A DNA stretch of 64,000 bases from Patescibacteria group bacterium UBA7435 (GCA_002477545.1 DLQJ01000007.1:87188-151187), one strand, 5' to 3'; counted from the first letter of the stretch, positions 28,257 through 37,398 are shown. The notes: generated from the letters alone by a model not told the origin. Translations and numbers: made by a program.

Positions 28257-29143
28257 TGTCAGAACAATCACCAAACTTTGTATACTTCGGAGGTGAACCT
28301 ATTGGTGTACCTGTATTAAACGAACTTGAAGCATGTGGCTTGGTTCCCTCACTGATTGTTTGTAATCCTGACCGACCTGTTGGACGTAAACAAGTCTTCA
28401 CTGCCCCGCCGGTTAAACAATGGGCTCTGGAACGAAATATCGAAGTACTGCAACCTGAGACACTCAAAGAAAAAGAGGCCTTAAGTGCAGTCACAGAAAG
28501 ACAATTCGATTTGTTTGTTGTGGTCGCATACAATAAAATAATGCCCAAGTGGCTGATCGATAGCCCTACTCGTGGAACGCTTAACGTACACCCTTCTCTA
28601 TTACCACTACTTCGTGGCGCAAGTCCAATCCGCTCTACGATCCTTGGCGACATGCGGCAACAGTGTGGCGTGAGTATCATGCAAATGGATGAAAAAATGG
28701 ACCACGGGCCGATTGTGGCCCAACAGATCATGGATATAGAAGAAGCACAGTGGCCAATACACGGCAATGAACTTGATATTGCACTGGCAAATATCGGTGG
28801 AGCACTCCTTGCAAGCATTATCCCTCAGTGGATGGCGGGTGATATCGATCCGCAGGAACAGGATCACGATCAAGCAACGTTTTGTGGAAAACTCGATCGC
28901 TCCTCCGGCGAACTTGAATTAGATCCATGCAATCTCCCTACTGGCAAGGAAGCATACCAAACACTGTTGAAAATACGTGCATTTGAAGGATACCCAGGGA
29001 CATTTTTTATATATGAAAACAAGCGCGTTAAGGTAATTGATGCAGTACTCAGTGAGAGTGGCACACTGGAAATAAACCAGGTAGTTCCTGAGGGTAAAAA
29101 ACAAATAGCGTTCCAATTATATTTGGACGGGCTAGCTAGATAA
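28256..29143 (+). CDS. fmt: methionyl-tRNA formyltransferase
   Basis: Formyltransferase N-terminal (HPSLLP) and C-terminal domains; overlaps the def stop. Confidence 0.9.
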   Translation: MSEQSPNFVYFGGEPIGVPVLNELEACGLVPSLIVCNPDRPVGRKQVFTAPPVKQWALERNIEVLQPETLKEKEALSAVTERQFDLFVVVAYNKIMPKWLIDSPTRGTLNVHPSLLPLLRGASPIRSTILGDMRQQCGVSIMQMDEKMDHGPIVAQQIMDIEEAQWPIHGNELDIALANIGGALLASIIPQWMAGDIDPQEQDHDQATFCGKLDRSSGELELDPCNLPTGKEAYQTLLKIRAFEGYPGTFFIYENKRVKVIDAVLSESGTLEINQVVPEGKKQIAFQLYLDGLAR

Positions 29144-29145
29144 AC

Positions 29146-29622
29146 CTATTGTACAAATAATTCACTGAAATACCCCCTATGGACTTCTTGTTGCATATAT
29201 TTTACTTTATCAACGTCAGAAAAGTATTCCTTGCTCATTGTCCGTCGTAACTCACTGCGGACTTGAGAAATTGCACGTGAAAAACGATGTGAATTTGAAA
29301 CAGCATAGTACGTTTGTGTATCAGTCTCCAGACGCACTAAGACACAATATACGACACCACTCCATGTACGAGTGATTTTACGAATAACAACATCACACAC
29401 AGCCCCCCTGCCTCCATTAACCAGACGTGTTAACGGGGTTAGCTTTTTAATAATTTGAAGATTTTGATCATCAGTAAGCTCTACGTTTATTACTTTTATG
29501 TGCACCTTTTGAGATAGCATAGGCAATAAACTTATTCTACTAATGCGAAACGAATCGGAATGATACGTAAAGGGAGTGGTAGTCAAGATCAGGTCGAGAC
29601 GTTTGTACCTAAAGTATGACAC
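29146..29622 (-). CDS. hypothetical protein
   Basis: 158-aa ORF; real start may be the internal MLSQK. Confidence 0.35.
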   Translation of the reverse strand: MSYFRYKRLDLILTTTPFTYHSDSFRISRISLLPMLSQKVHIKVINVELTDDQNLQIIKKLTPLTRLVNGGRGAVCDVVIRKITRTWSGVVYCVLVRLETDTQTYYAVSNSHRFSRAISQVRSELRRTMSKEYFSDVDKVKYMQQEVHRGYFSELFVQ

Positions 29623-29667
29623 ATTTTATTTCTAAATAAAACTTTGAAATACTTTTTGTCATATGTC

Positions 29668-29700
29668 AAAAAAAGACGGGTTGGAAACCCATCTTTTCTA
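29668..29700 (-). terminator. probable terminator downstream of hpf
   Basis: aagacgggtt-ggaa-acccatctttt, imperfect stem. Confidence 0.4.
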
Positions 29701-29706
29701 TTTAGA

Positions 29707-30078
29707 CTACTGAGAGCCAAATCGCATCATTTCTTTGATTCTTCGACCCCCACGCTTGAGCATCGTTTCTTTCTTCTTATTAGAACGGCGGAGTTCTTTA
29801 TCAAGTTCGTTACGTACTTCATCAATTGCTTCTTCAAATGTCGTTTCAGTTGATTCTGCTCGGTAGAGCGTACCATCGATATAGAGATTCACCTCAATAC
29901 GGTATATTTTACCTGAAGTTTGCGCAGTCACTTTTTCAAACTCAGCTTGGCAAGTGAGATCAGTCTGATCTTCAGCAATATATTTTGTAAGTGAATGAAG
30001 TTTTTGCTCTAGAATATCTTGCAACTCTCCGATTAGTTCAGTATTGGTTGCTTTAAATTGAATCATTGGAAATGACAT
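29707..30078 (-). CDS. hpf: ribosome hibernation promoting factor (short HPF/RaiA)
   Basis: 123 aa; beta-alpha-beta-beta-beta-alpha HPF pattern with basic C-terminus. Confidence 0.8.
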   Translation of the reverse strand: MSFPMIQFKATNTELIGELQDILEQKLHSLTKYIAEDQTDLTCQAEFEKVTAQTSGKIYRIEVNLYIDGTLYRAESTETTFEEAIDEVRNELDKELRRSNKKKETMLKRGGRRIKEMMRFGSQ

Positions 30079-30107
30079 AATCTATATATTATTGTAGTAA
30101 TCTGCTT

Positions 30108-30416
30108 CTACTGGCATGTATCGCACGCCTCCTCACTCTTGTGCACCTTCACACCGTTAAAGTCATCAGAGCTCGTTCCGTCTTTGTAGTGCTCTTGCAA
30201 ATATGTGACGATATCTCCCGATTCATACATTCCAACATTACGATCGGAATCAACTAAATACGGCACCATGCGCTTTCCTCCACGCTCAATCAATTCATTA
30301 GCAAGAGCTGGATCTGCTGAAATATCTTTTAAGTCAAATTTAACACCCAAGTCTTCAGCTTCGCCTAATACGCGCTGGCAGAAAGGACAAGTGGGTTTAA
30401 AATATAATGTAAGCAT
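30108..30416 (-). CDS. glutaredoxin-like protein
   Basis: CPFC active site near the N-terminus; thioredoxin fold length. Confidence 0.75.
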   Translation of the reverse strand: MLTLYFKPTCPFCQRVLGEAEDLGVKFDLKDISADPALANELIERGGKRMVPYLVDSDRNVGMYESGDIVTYLQEHYKDGTSSDDFNGVKVHKSEEACDTCQ

Positions 30417-30471
30417 ACGTTGTGTAGTTATCTTGATAAGTACCTATACAGTATACTACGCATCACAAAAA

Positions 30472-31107
30472 TTATTGTGTCATGCGCGTATAGTACCCGA
30501 CAAGTTCAGCGTTTTGAAGCATATGTTGTTTTGCACGATCTTCAACCTCATCAAGCGTTGGTGTTTTATCAAACATAAGCATTTTTGACAACGCATATAC
30601 ACGAAAAACATATGCGTGTGTCTTTGGTTCGTATTGTGGAGGAGGACACGGGCCTGAGTATTTCTCTTCCCCACGTGAATTTTTTCCTGCAATACCAATA
30701 GGCTCAATCTCAGGATTGTTATAGTAATTCTCAGGCAATAATTCCCCGTCTTCAGTGATAGGAATGTTGTACTCAACCCAGTGGTTGAATTTAGTAATAC
30801 CCATGGTGTTTTTTATCTCTTGTGGGAGATCAGAATCGTCCATGACTACCACAAACGATTTAGTTCCTTCAGGAACATCACTGACTGAAAGTGGCGGGTT
30901 GGAACCCTCACCGTCACAGGTGTATTTAGATGGAATAGTAGCTCCGTGCTCAAACGCTGTCGATGTAAGTTTCATTGGCATAGTATTTTCAATTACCCCT
31001 AATAACTCCTCATCCACCGTGGGAGCATGTGCTTGGTTAAGCAGTACAAACGCACCACCAAATACAAACAAAAATGTCATTCCCAACAGTGTGTACGCAT
31101 TTTTCAT
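30472..31107 (-). CDS. PEBP/YbhB-YbcL family protein, secreted
   Basis: Signal/TM N-terminus; CDGE..PPL, HW..YNIP and GPCPP..YEP..H.Y.F.VYAL motifs. Confidence 0.75.
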   Translation of the reverse strand: MKNAYTLLGMTFLFVFGGAFVLLNQAHAPTVDEELLGVIENTMPMKLTSTAFEHGATIPSKYTCDGEGSNPPLSVSDVPEGTKSFVVVMDDSDLPQEIKNTMGITKFNHWVEYNIPITEDGELLPENYYNNPEIEPIGIAGKNSRGEEKYSGPCPPPQYEPKTHAYVFRVYALSKMLMFDKTPTLDEVEDRAKQHMLQNAELVGYYTRMTQ

Positions 31108-31159
31108 ACCTATTTAGTATACACAAAATAAGCGAACATAATATAAAAACCCACCAAGC

Positions 31160-31597
31160 TTAGCTTGGCGGGATTTTCTTCATAAAGTCTTCATCAAAAA
31201 TTCGATGAGAGACATACACGTTGATCAGAATATATATACAATTCATAATTGCCTGCGCAAAAGTTGTATTCATATGATAATACGCAATCAACACATGCAA
31301 TCCCGCAAAAGTGAGGAATTGGTTTGATAGGTGTAGTGTTACGTGTTGAAGCATCTCTTTTCGTAGTTCACCTTCACTTCTAAACGCTACATATCTAATG
31401 AAAACAAAATTCACTATCCAGTAGCAGACAAAAGCCACAGCTGATGAAATCATGTAATGAGCGCCGGTAGCATCCATATACAGAAAAACAATCCAAAAGG
31501 TAAAAAACGGTGGAATTCCTGAAAGAACATAGCGGGTCAACCGATATGCACTAACTTTAGTTATATGCATATCGCTCTCCTGTTTAAAACTAGGCAT
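31160..31597 (-). CDS. GtrA-like 4-TM membrane protein
   Basis: 145 aa, 4 TM helices; LTRYVLSG motif. Confidence 0.45.
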   Translation of the reverse strand: MPSFKQESDMHITKVSAYRLTRYVLSGIPPFFTFWIVFLYMDATGAHYMISSAVAFVCYWIVNFVFIRYVAFRSEGELRKEMLQHVTLHLSNQFLTFAGLHVLIAYYHMNTTFAQAIMNCIYILINVYVSHRIFDEDFMKKIPPS

Positions 31598-31653
31598 ACA
31601 CTACCTTATTAGCTTTAGTTTTCCTAACAAAAACAAGCAATGAACACACCCAG

Positions 31654-31681
31654 TTGAAAAAATAACAAAACGCTGTACAAT
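31654..31681 (+). promoter_or_regulatory. sigma70-type promoter for tRNA-Asn
   Basis: TTGAAA, 16 nt, TACAAT, about 50 nt upstream of the tRNA. Confidence 0.5.
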
Positions 31682-31730
31682 ACCACTACTCAATTACCGG
31701 TGGTCATTGAGCACCAAGAAAACCACACAT

Positions 31731-31803
31731 TCCGGCGTAGCTCAGCTGGTAGAGCAGTTGACTGTTAATCAATTTGTCGCAGGTTCGAGTCCTGCCGCCG
31801 GAG
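31731..31803 (+). tRNA. tRNA-Asn (GTT)
   Basis: Cloverleaf with 7-bp acceptor, D-arm GCTCAGCTGGTAGAGC, anticodon loop CTGTTAA, T-arm GCAGGTTCGAGTCCTGC; CCA not encoded. Confidence 0.9.
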
Positions 31804-31810
31804 CAACGAA

Positions 31811-31840
31811 AATGAGCCCCAATTACAGGGCTCATTTTTA
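31811..31840 (+). terminator. rho-independent terminator after the tRNA
   Basis: aatgagccc-caattaca-gggctcatt then TTTTA. Confidence 0.7.
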
Positions 31841-31860
31841 GTAGGATAGTTGGTGGTTCG

Positions 31861-31901
31861 AACCTAAATGTATTGACATACGTTTAGGTTATATGTACAG
31901 T
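31861..31901 (+). promoter_or_regulatory. promoter with flanking 8-bp inverted repeat (possible operator)
   Basis: AACCTAAA...TTTAGGTT brackets TTGACA (31873-31878); 17 nt; TACAGT (31896-31901). Confidence 0.4.
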
Positions 31902-31958
31902 CTTGTTAGATTCAGCGATTTGCTGATGGAATACCGTTCAACAACAGGGGAATATACC

Positions 31959-32462
31959 ATGTTCAGATTTAGTCGTGACAAACGATTTTATTCCAGAATC
32001 TCATTCGAAGAGTTCTTTCAGGTGGCAACTACACTCGTAGCAATGGTCAAGAAAGCGAGGTCAAGTGCAATCGTAGAAATCCTTACGACCGAGGACACTC
32101 ACACCCACCTGTACTCGCAGGTCACCTTCATGGCAGACGAGGTCACTGAGGCGCTCAAGGGACGAAAGTCTTACTCACTCGAAGAATTCACCAATGAAGT
32201 CTATAGTCGTTCGATGAGTGTGCAATTGACACTCAAGGATGAAGCTGACTCGAAACCTTTTATGATTTGTCTTTCGCTGGACAAGGATGAGTCACGGAGT
32301 ATGAAGTTCTACGGACAAGCTGTTGAACAGGAACTCGTCAACCTCATCCACGACTCCTTCTCCAGCCCAAGCTTCTTCTACAAGGTTGGCGACGGCTATT
32401 CGAAGCCCTCGGCTTTCAACTTTGCTTTCGGTCAGAGACTCACAGGTATTCGCTTGAAGTAA
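31959..32462 (+). CDS. hypothetical protein
   Basis: ORF open from 31893; start chosen at the ATG with an AGGGG SD 8 nt upstream, because the -10 overlaps 31893. Confidence 0.45.
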   Translation: MFRFSRDKRFYSRISFEEFFQVATTLVAMVKKARSSAIVEILTTEDTHTHLYSQVTFMADEVTEALKGRKSYSLEEFTNEVYSRSMSVQLTLKDEADSKPFMICLSLDKDESRSMKFYGQAVEQELVNLIHDSFSSPSFFYKVGDGYSKPSAFNFAFGQRLTGIRLK

Positions 32463-32603
32463 GTCTCATAACATTATCCTCATCGCTCAGGCGGTGGGGT
32501 TTTTTACACCAGAACTCCATCATCTTGCAGGTCAGGAAGCATCACATTGATATCATTTTGAGCATAAAAAGTTCGAACAGCCTCAAAGGTCCGGAGCAAT
32601 ATA

Positions 32604-32628
32604 AAAGTCCCCTTTTGGGGGCTTTTTT
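32604..32628 (+). terminator. rho-independent terminator
   Basis: agtcccc-tttt-gggggct (one G.U) then TTTTTAC. Confidence 0.55.
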
Positions 32629-32645
32629 ACTTGTTCCGGCGGAGA

Positions 32646-32679
32646 AAGTGACTAAACGTCAGTTTCGCCAGGACTCGAA
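32646..32679 (+). repeat. bipartite motif copy 1 (AAGTGACTAAAC-N14-GACTCGAA)
   Basis: Identical 12-nt and 8-nt blocks with identical 14-nt spacing recur at 32985-33018; about 27 nt upstream of the small ORF. Confidence 0.6.
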
Positions 32680-32706
32680 AAGGTTGCCTGGCATTTTCTT
32701 TAGAAA

Positions 32707-32937
32707 ATGGCGACAACCTATACTGCGCCTGTGAAGCGAGAACCCTGCCCCCCATCGAAACAAGTAAAAGTAAAACATAGCCAGAAATCACAATTAATGT
32801 ATACTGCTGGCATGGCAAAACGATCAACAAAATTAACGCAAACATATGGGTCACGACATTCCCATAAAACAAAGAAGCGTCTAGAAACAAAATACGAAAT
32901 GCTTGCTGAAAAAGCGAGTAAAGGAAGCAAGAAGTAA
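32707..32937 (+). CDS. small Lys-rich basic protein (76 aa; or 46 aa from the internal ATG at 32799), unknown
   Basis: ORF with terminators on both sides; motif copy 1 upstream; no SD. Confidence 0.3.
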   Translation: MATTYTAPVKREPCPPSKQVKVKHSQKSQLMYTAGMAKRSTKLTQTYGSRHSHKTKKRLETKYEMLAEKASKGSKK

Positions 32938-32938
32938 G

Positions 32939-32972
32939 CTAAAACCACCGTTAGGGTGGTTTTTTCGTTTTG
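32939..32972 (+). terminator. rho-independent terminator
   Basis: aaccacc-gttag-ggtggtt then TTTTCGTTTT. Confidence 0.7.
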
Positions 32973-32984
32973 GATCCAGTGGAA

Positions 32985-33018
32985 AAGTGACTAAACACCA
33001 CCTTGACTAAGACTCGAA
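32985..33018 (+). repeat. bipartite motif copy 2 (AAGTGACTAAAC-N14-GACTCGAA)
   Basis: Second copy of the motif; no ORF follows before the terminator at 33071. Confidence 0.6.
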
Positions 33019-33070
33019 CCGACAATGAATGATACCGGCGAATACCCTGTACATAAATCATTGAAATAGT

Positions 33071-33108
33071 AAAAAGGGCTGCACATGTGCAGCCCTTTCT
33101 GTTTTTTA
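33071..33108. terminator. bidirectional terminator (phoH2 / putative short + strand transcript)
   Basis: agggctgcaca|tgtgcagccct perfect palindrome with T-tracts on both sides. Confidence 0.75.
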
Positions 33109-34638
33109 TAGACGCTCTTCTGCCAAAGTAGCAAACGCACTGCGTTCACCGCTTTGGAGCGTAACGTGTCCCGTAATCATTGCAGTGCGCAATGTACGGA
33201 TGTATACCGACAAACCACAGGTATGTTCTGTCAGATACGGGTCATCAATCTGGGCTACGTTGCCTAGAAAAACTATTTTTGAATCCATTCCTACACGCGT
33301 TGAGATCATTTTCAACTTCTTGACGGTGAGATCTTGTGTCTCATCAACAATAATCAGCGTGTTGGCGATACTGCGACCCTTCATGAAATTCAGGGCCTTG
33401 ATTTGAATAAGCTTTCTGATTGCTTCGTCTGAAGCATTCTGCTCACCTTCACCACGCAGTTCTAACAAAGACTCTAGATTGTCATAGAGTCCACCCATCC
33501 AAGGAGCAAGCTTCTCTTCTTCAGTTCCGGGTAAAAATCCAATGTCTTCATCAGACCCAAACATGGAACGAGTAAAAATGATTCGCTTGTACACTCCTCT
33601 CCTTAGTAGATGTAGACCAGCAGCAAGTGTCAAAAATGTTTTACCACTACCAGCCTTACCTGCGAGTGACACTGCAGGCAAATTTATATCAAGTAACAGT
33701 TGCAATGCAATTGCCTGCTCAATATTCCTAGGAACAACATTAATCTCCTTAAGGTCAGAGTGATGAGAGAATGTCTGCGCAACCACATTTGTCGTGCTAT
33801 TTTTTGAGATAACACGAAGTGGCTCTTGCTCAGGAATGAGCAAGAACTCATTACAGGTAACCTTAGCCAAATCAGGATGCTCAAATGTGTATTGAGAAAC
33901 ACCCTTGGCACTTTCAGGATTACCAACATTGCTGTCGAAGAAATCTGACGGCATAGTATGGAAACCTGGAGTGAGATCTTCCTCACCCTCAACAAGACCT
34001 ACCGTGTCACTAAGATACTCCTCAGCATCTAAGCCAACAACACTTGCCTTAATCCGGCAGCTACCATCGTTTGATACCAAGACAACTCGTTTTCCTTCTT
34101 CCTTAAGCGCCAAACAAATCAGAATAATCCGATTGTCTGGATGATTAAGATCCAGATCGAACTCCTTGTGAGCCACCGGTTTAGTGAAATCAAAGTGAAG
34201 TGTCCCAGTGTGTGGCTTCCCATTGATCAACTCAGATGGGGGTACTAGTTGTACTCCTTTCTGAATATCTTGCGTGGACTTGCCTTCAAGCAGTGTGCCG
34301 ATTGCTCGGATTGCTTGCCGGACATTCCATGCTTCTGGGGTGTGACCTTTCTTATGTGTATCAAGCTCCTCAAGAACCTGACTTACAATACACACATCAT
34401 GTTCTTCGAACTTAAACAGCGAATCCCATGCAGACATGATCACGTTCGTATCAAGTACGTAAGTAATTACGCTCTTTGTGTCAACTGATATGCGACGAAA
34501 CTTAGCTGGGATACTTTGCTTTGTATGCCAGCTTTCTGCCTGAGTCTGCCTCTTACTCACTTTATGGTGAGGTGGTTTTCCATTTCCTTTGCCCCGAGGT
34601 GAACCGCCCGGGTTCTTCATTCCATTTGTGTGTGGCAT
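33106..34638 (-). CDS. PhoH2: PIN-domain plus PhoH-like P-loop ATPase
   Basis: N-terminal PIN (VLDTNVI); C-terminal Walker A AGKAGSGKT; PhoH family length. Confidence 0.8.
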   Translation of the reverse strand: MPHTNGMKNPGGSPRGKGNGKPPHHKVSKRQTQAESWHTKQSIPAKFRRISVDTKSVITYVLDTNVIMSAWDSLFKFEEHDVCIVSQVLEELDTHKKGHTPEAWNVRQAIRAIGTLLEGKSTQDIQKGVQLVPPSELINGKPHTGTLHFDFTKPVAHKEFDLDLNHPDNRIILICLALKEEGKRVVLVSNDGSCRIKASVVGLDAEEYLSDTVGLVEGEEDLTPGFHTMPSDFFDSNVGNPESAKGVSQYTFEHPDLAKVTCNEFLLIPEQEPLRVISKNSTTNVVAQTFSHHSDLKEINVVPRNIEQAIALQLLLDINLPAVSLAGKAGSGKTFLTLAAGLHLLRRGVYKRIIFTRSMFGSDEDIGFLPGTEEEKLAPWMGGLYDNLESLLELRGEGEQNASDEAIRKLIQIKALNFMKGRSIANTLIIVDETQDLTVKKLKMISTRVGMDSKIVFLGNVAQIDDPYLTEHTCGLSVYIRTLRTAMITGHVTLQSGERSAFATLAEERL

Positions 34639-34774
34639 TTGTACTCCCTTTCAAAATTGCAGTCTGCATCCACAGTACCCCCAGTGGGAAGTATTGGCAA
34701 GAGCCAGCAATAAATGTTGTATCCATTTGCTCACCATTTCTATGGACCGCATGATGCATGTAGTGCATTTATAT

Positions 34775-34802
34775 TTGACAAAGTGTTAATACGTGCTATA
34801 GT
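34775..34802 (+). promoter_or_regulatory. cspA promoter with extended -10
   Basis: TTGACA, 16 nt, TGcTATAGT; about 80-nt 5'UTR, as typical for csp genes. Confidence 0.5.
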
Positions 34803-34881
34803 GTGTCTAATCAGATACAAGCTGAGTTTGACGGCACAGTATTCAATGTTTGATAACTTAGTAAACTAATTTCTAATTAAT

Positions 34882-35082
34882 ATGCAATCAGGAAAAATCG
34901 CAAATGTAACAGACCGAGGTTTTGGTTTTATCTCTCAAGAAGGTGAGGAGAAAGAACTTTTCTTCCACTCAAACGAGCTTAAGAACGTACAGTTCGACGA
35001 GCTACGTGAAGGTGACGAAGTTACATTTGAAGTTGCTGAAGGTCCAAAAGGGCTAAACGCAATCAACGTAAACAAGGCGTAA
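34882..35082 (+). CDS. cspA: cold-shock protein (CSD)
   Basis: 66 aa; RNP1 GFGFI and RNP2-like motifs. Confidence 0.9.
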   Translation: MQSGKIANVTDRGFGFISQEGEEKELFFHSNELKNVQFDELREGDEVTFEVAEGPKGLNAINVNKA

Positions 35083-35087
35083 GCCTA

Positions 35088-35127
35088 AAAATAAAACCCC
35101 TGCCATTGGCAGGGGTTTTATTTTATT
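35088..35127. terminator. bidirectional terminator (cspA / phnA-like)
   Basis: aaaacccctgcc-attg-gcaggggtttt with flanking A- and T-tracts. Confidence 0.8.
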
Positions 35128-35143
35128 GATTTCCCTCACTCAC

Positions 35144-35386
35144 CTAGGCCTTCTTTACATATTCTGGCTTGATATAAATTCCCTTCATGCCGTCGATTTT
35201 CCCCGTAAGTCCTTCTAATTCATCAGTCAGGCGTATATTCTTTACTTTCGTCCCACGTTTTAACCCTGAAGAACTCCCTTTGACCTTCAAATCCTTGATT
35301 ACCAGAACCGTATCTCCATTTTTTAGAATGTTTCCATTGCCATCTTTCACCCCTAACTCCCCTATTCCTTCATTTTCATCTTCCAT
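35144..35386 (-). CDS. PhnA-like protein, C-terminal domain only
   Basis: 80 aa; [41 protein letters not shown] matches the PhnA C-terminal domain; N-terminal zinc ribbon absent. Confidence 0.75.
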   Translation of the reverse strand: MEDENEGIGELGVKDGNGNILKNGDTVLVIKDLKVKGSSSGLKRGTKVKNIRLTDELEGLTGKIDGMKGIYIKPEYVKKA

Positions 35387-35493
35387 ATATAATTCTAGAT
35401 TATTCGTAATTGTGTGCAGTATATACCAATTACACTTTATATTAATGCTAGTATAAATGGAGTAGAGCGTTATAAGTTTAGATATCACATTTT

Positions 35494-35655
35494 ATGTCTA
35501 CATTATTTATGCTGTTTAATATTGCGGTGTTGCTCATTGGTTTGATGATGGTTCTGAAGCACAGCTCCAGAGGATGGATGACCCCACCTGTACTTAGCGG
35601 AATCGCTTTTATACTCATTGCACTTCCCAGTGTCCTGATGTATTTAGGATTGTAG
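35494..35655 (+). CDS. small two-TM membrane protein (54 aa), not in the ORF track
   Basis: [25 protein letters not shown]...; strong terminator downstream; opposite-strand track ORF judged spurious. Confidence 0.4.
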   Translation: MSTLFMLFNIAVLLIGLMMVLKHSSRGWMTPPVLSGIAFILIALPSVLMYLGL

Positions 35656-35671
35656 AAGATCATACGTCACA

Positions 35672-35712
35672 TCAAAAAAACACCGGCAGGTTCCTGACGG
35701 TGTTTTTGTTTT
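35672..35712 (+). terminator. rho-independent terminator
   Basis: aacaccg...cggtgtt stem with inner cagg/cctg, then TTTTGTTTTATTTT. Confidence 0.7.
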
Positions 35713-35798
35713 ATTTTAAAAGTAGTGAATTCTCTCCAAGCTACAGAAAATACAACTCAGCACACTCAGAAAATAACGAGTGCTGGTATACTTAAACC

Positions 35799-36197
35799 AT
35801 GAACGATACATACAACTGGTACCAAACGCTTATGAAGCCTGAATGGGCACCTCCCTCTTGGTTATTCGGACCGGTATGGAGTGTATTGTACACCATCATT
35901 GGTATTTCTTTTGGATATGTAGCATACATATATTTCAAAGGCGGTATTCCTTTTATTGTACTCCTACCTTTTATTCTCAACCTTATTTTTAACGCTGCGT
36001 TCACACCACTTCAATTTGGACTACAGAACAATCTACTTGCCTCATTGGACATCCTATTGGTTCTGGGAACATTAATCTGGGCGCTGTATGCAATATATCC
36101 ATACATTCCCTTGGTTACATACGTGAATATCCCCTACCTTTTATGGGTTTCATTCGCGTCTGTCCTACAGCTAACTATCACCTATTTAAATCTATAA
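35799..36197 (+). CDS. tspO: TspO/MBR family protein
   Basis: WY..LMKPEWAPPSWLFGPVWSVLY N-terminal signature; 132 aa (short). Confidence 0.7.
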   Translation: MNDTYNWYQTLMKPEWAPPSWLFGPVWSVLYTIIGISFGYVAYIYFKGGIPFIVLLPFILNLIFNAAFTPLQFGLQNNLLASLDILLVLGTLIWALYAIYPYIPLVTYVNIPYLLWVSFASVLQLTITYLNL

Positions 36198-36200
36198 TAT

Positions 36201-36608
36201 ATGTCATCACTTCATTTCGTCTATCTCTATCTACTGACTATTCCAATATTAGCGCTACTTGATATTCTTTGGCTTGGTTTTATAGCAAATGATTTTTATC
36301 AAACTCGACTAATGCATTTACTTGGTCCGGTACAATGGCCTGCTGCAATTGCTTTTTATTTTATATTTATTGCTGGGTTACTGTTCTTTGCAGTGGCCCC
36401 TGCACTAGATGGACAATCACTTAGTAAAGCAATAATTTTAGGCACTCTCTTTGGATTCTTTACCTACGCAACCTACGACCTTACTAATCTTGCAACACTT
36501 ACAGACTGGTCGTTATCGGTAGTATTTGTAGACATTATTTGGGGAGCGATACTTTCAGGCTCTATTGCAGCAATAAGTTACAGTATTGGTAAATGGTTAT
36601 TCCTCTAG
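36201..36608 (+). CDS. integral membrane protein (4 TM), DUF-type
   Basis: 135-aa hydrophobic ORF, 3 nt after tspO. Confidence 0.5.
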   Translation: MSSLHFVYLYLLTIPILALLDILWLGFIANDFYQTRLMHLLGPVQWPAAIAFYFIFIAGLLFFAVAPALDGQSLSKAIILGTLFGFFTYATYDLTNLATLTDWSLSVVFVDIIWGAILSGSIAAISYSIGKWLFL

Positions 36609-36618
36609 TAAAAGTGCG

Positions 36619-37122
36619 ATGAAGACCATAATTGTCACAGACGCGATGCAATCACACTACACATACACCCGAACAGAAAAAGTTGGGAAGAATTTTCATA
36701 CTGATTTCAAACCGCACCTTACCCCACAAGAAATGCTCTCTATGGGTATTTTTGGCGGCCTGTATTTTAGTGACACACCTGATGAATTCCCGAAAGCTTG
36801 GTTTGCAAAAGCACCGCTTTCCCCAGACAAGAAAGTCCACAAGGAACTTAACTACTACAAAGTAAACGCCAGTCAAGATCTCTCTATCTGGAAAGTGAAG
36901 GGTTGGATCCATACAGATGATCCCCGGGGATGGTTTCAGTGGTACTGTAGATACTACCTCGGGCGTCGACATGAGGACGATGCACGTCAAATTAAACGGT
37001 GGAAAGCTATCACCCGACATGCTTCACAGATAGTGCACAACTGCCGTCCTGGAGATCAGCACTGCCGTCCCAGACAACGTCAAGCCATACTGCACTGGTC
37101 GTATGATGCGCGCAATCTATAA
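36619..37122 (+). CDS. hypothetical protein (Trp/Arg-rich C-terminus)
   Basis: ORF; start moved to MKTIIV to avoid overlap. Confidence 0.4.
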   Translation: MKTIIVTDAMQSHYTYTRTEKVGKNFHTDFKPHLTPQEMLSMGIFGGLYFSDTPDEFPKAWFAKAPLSPDKKVHKELNYYKVNASQDLSIWKVKGWIHTDDPRGWFQWYCRYYLGRRHEDDARQIKRWKAITRHASQIVHNCRPGDQHCRPRQRQAILHWSYDARNL

Positions 37123-37181
37123 CTATGCGTGATGGCGCTAGTTTGGTATATTTGAAAGATATTGGTTAACCCACTAACACT

Positions 37182-37388
37182 ATGAAAACTATGAAATGTG
37201 ATCTATGTGATCACACTGCACAAGGAGAGACGTTTGAAGAATGGATGAACGCACTAAAGCCACACTACATGACTGCTCATGCAGATGTGATGGCACAGCA
37301 CGCTGGGAATCCTGAAGAGATGAAAGCAAAAATGGGGGCATGGATGAAAGAGAATCAAGAACGATTCAATGCAGCTATAACGACATAA
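37182..37388 (+). CDS. DUF1059-like small metal-binding protein
   Basis: KCDLCDHTAQGETFEE..H..AH pattern. Confidence 0.55.
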   Translation: MKTMKCDLCDHTAQGETFEEWMNALKPHYMTAHADVMAQHAGNPEEMKAKMGAWMKENQERFNAAITT

Positions 37389-37398
37389 ATGCTAGTTG

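Noticed and set aside
32525-32734. 69-aa plus-strand ORF
   Set aside because: It reads straight through the intrinsic terminator at 32604-32628 and the motif copy. There is no RBS.
31861-33018. Inverted match of the tRNA-Asn T-loop (GTTCGAGTC) in the repeated motif, as possible att sites of an integrated element
   Set aside because: Only an 8-10 nt match, in inverted orientation relative to the tRNA. No integrase is nearby. Kept only as an alternative explanation in the motif finding.
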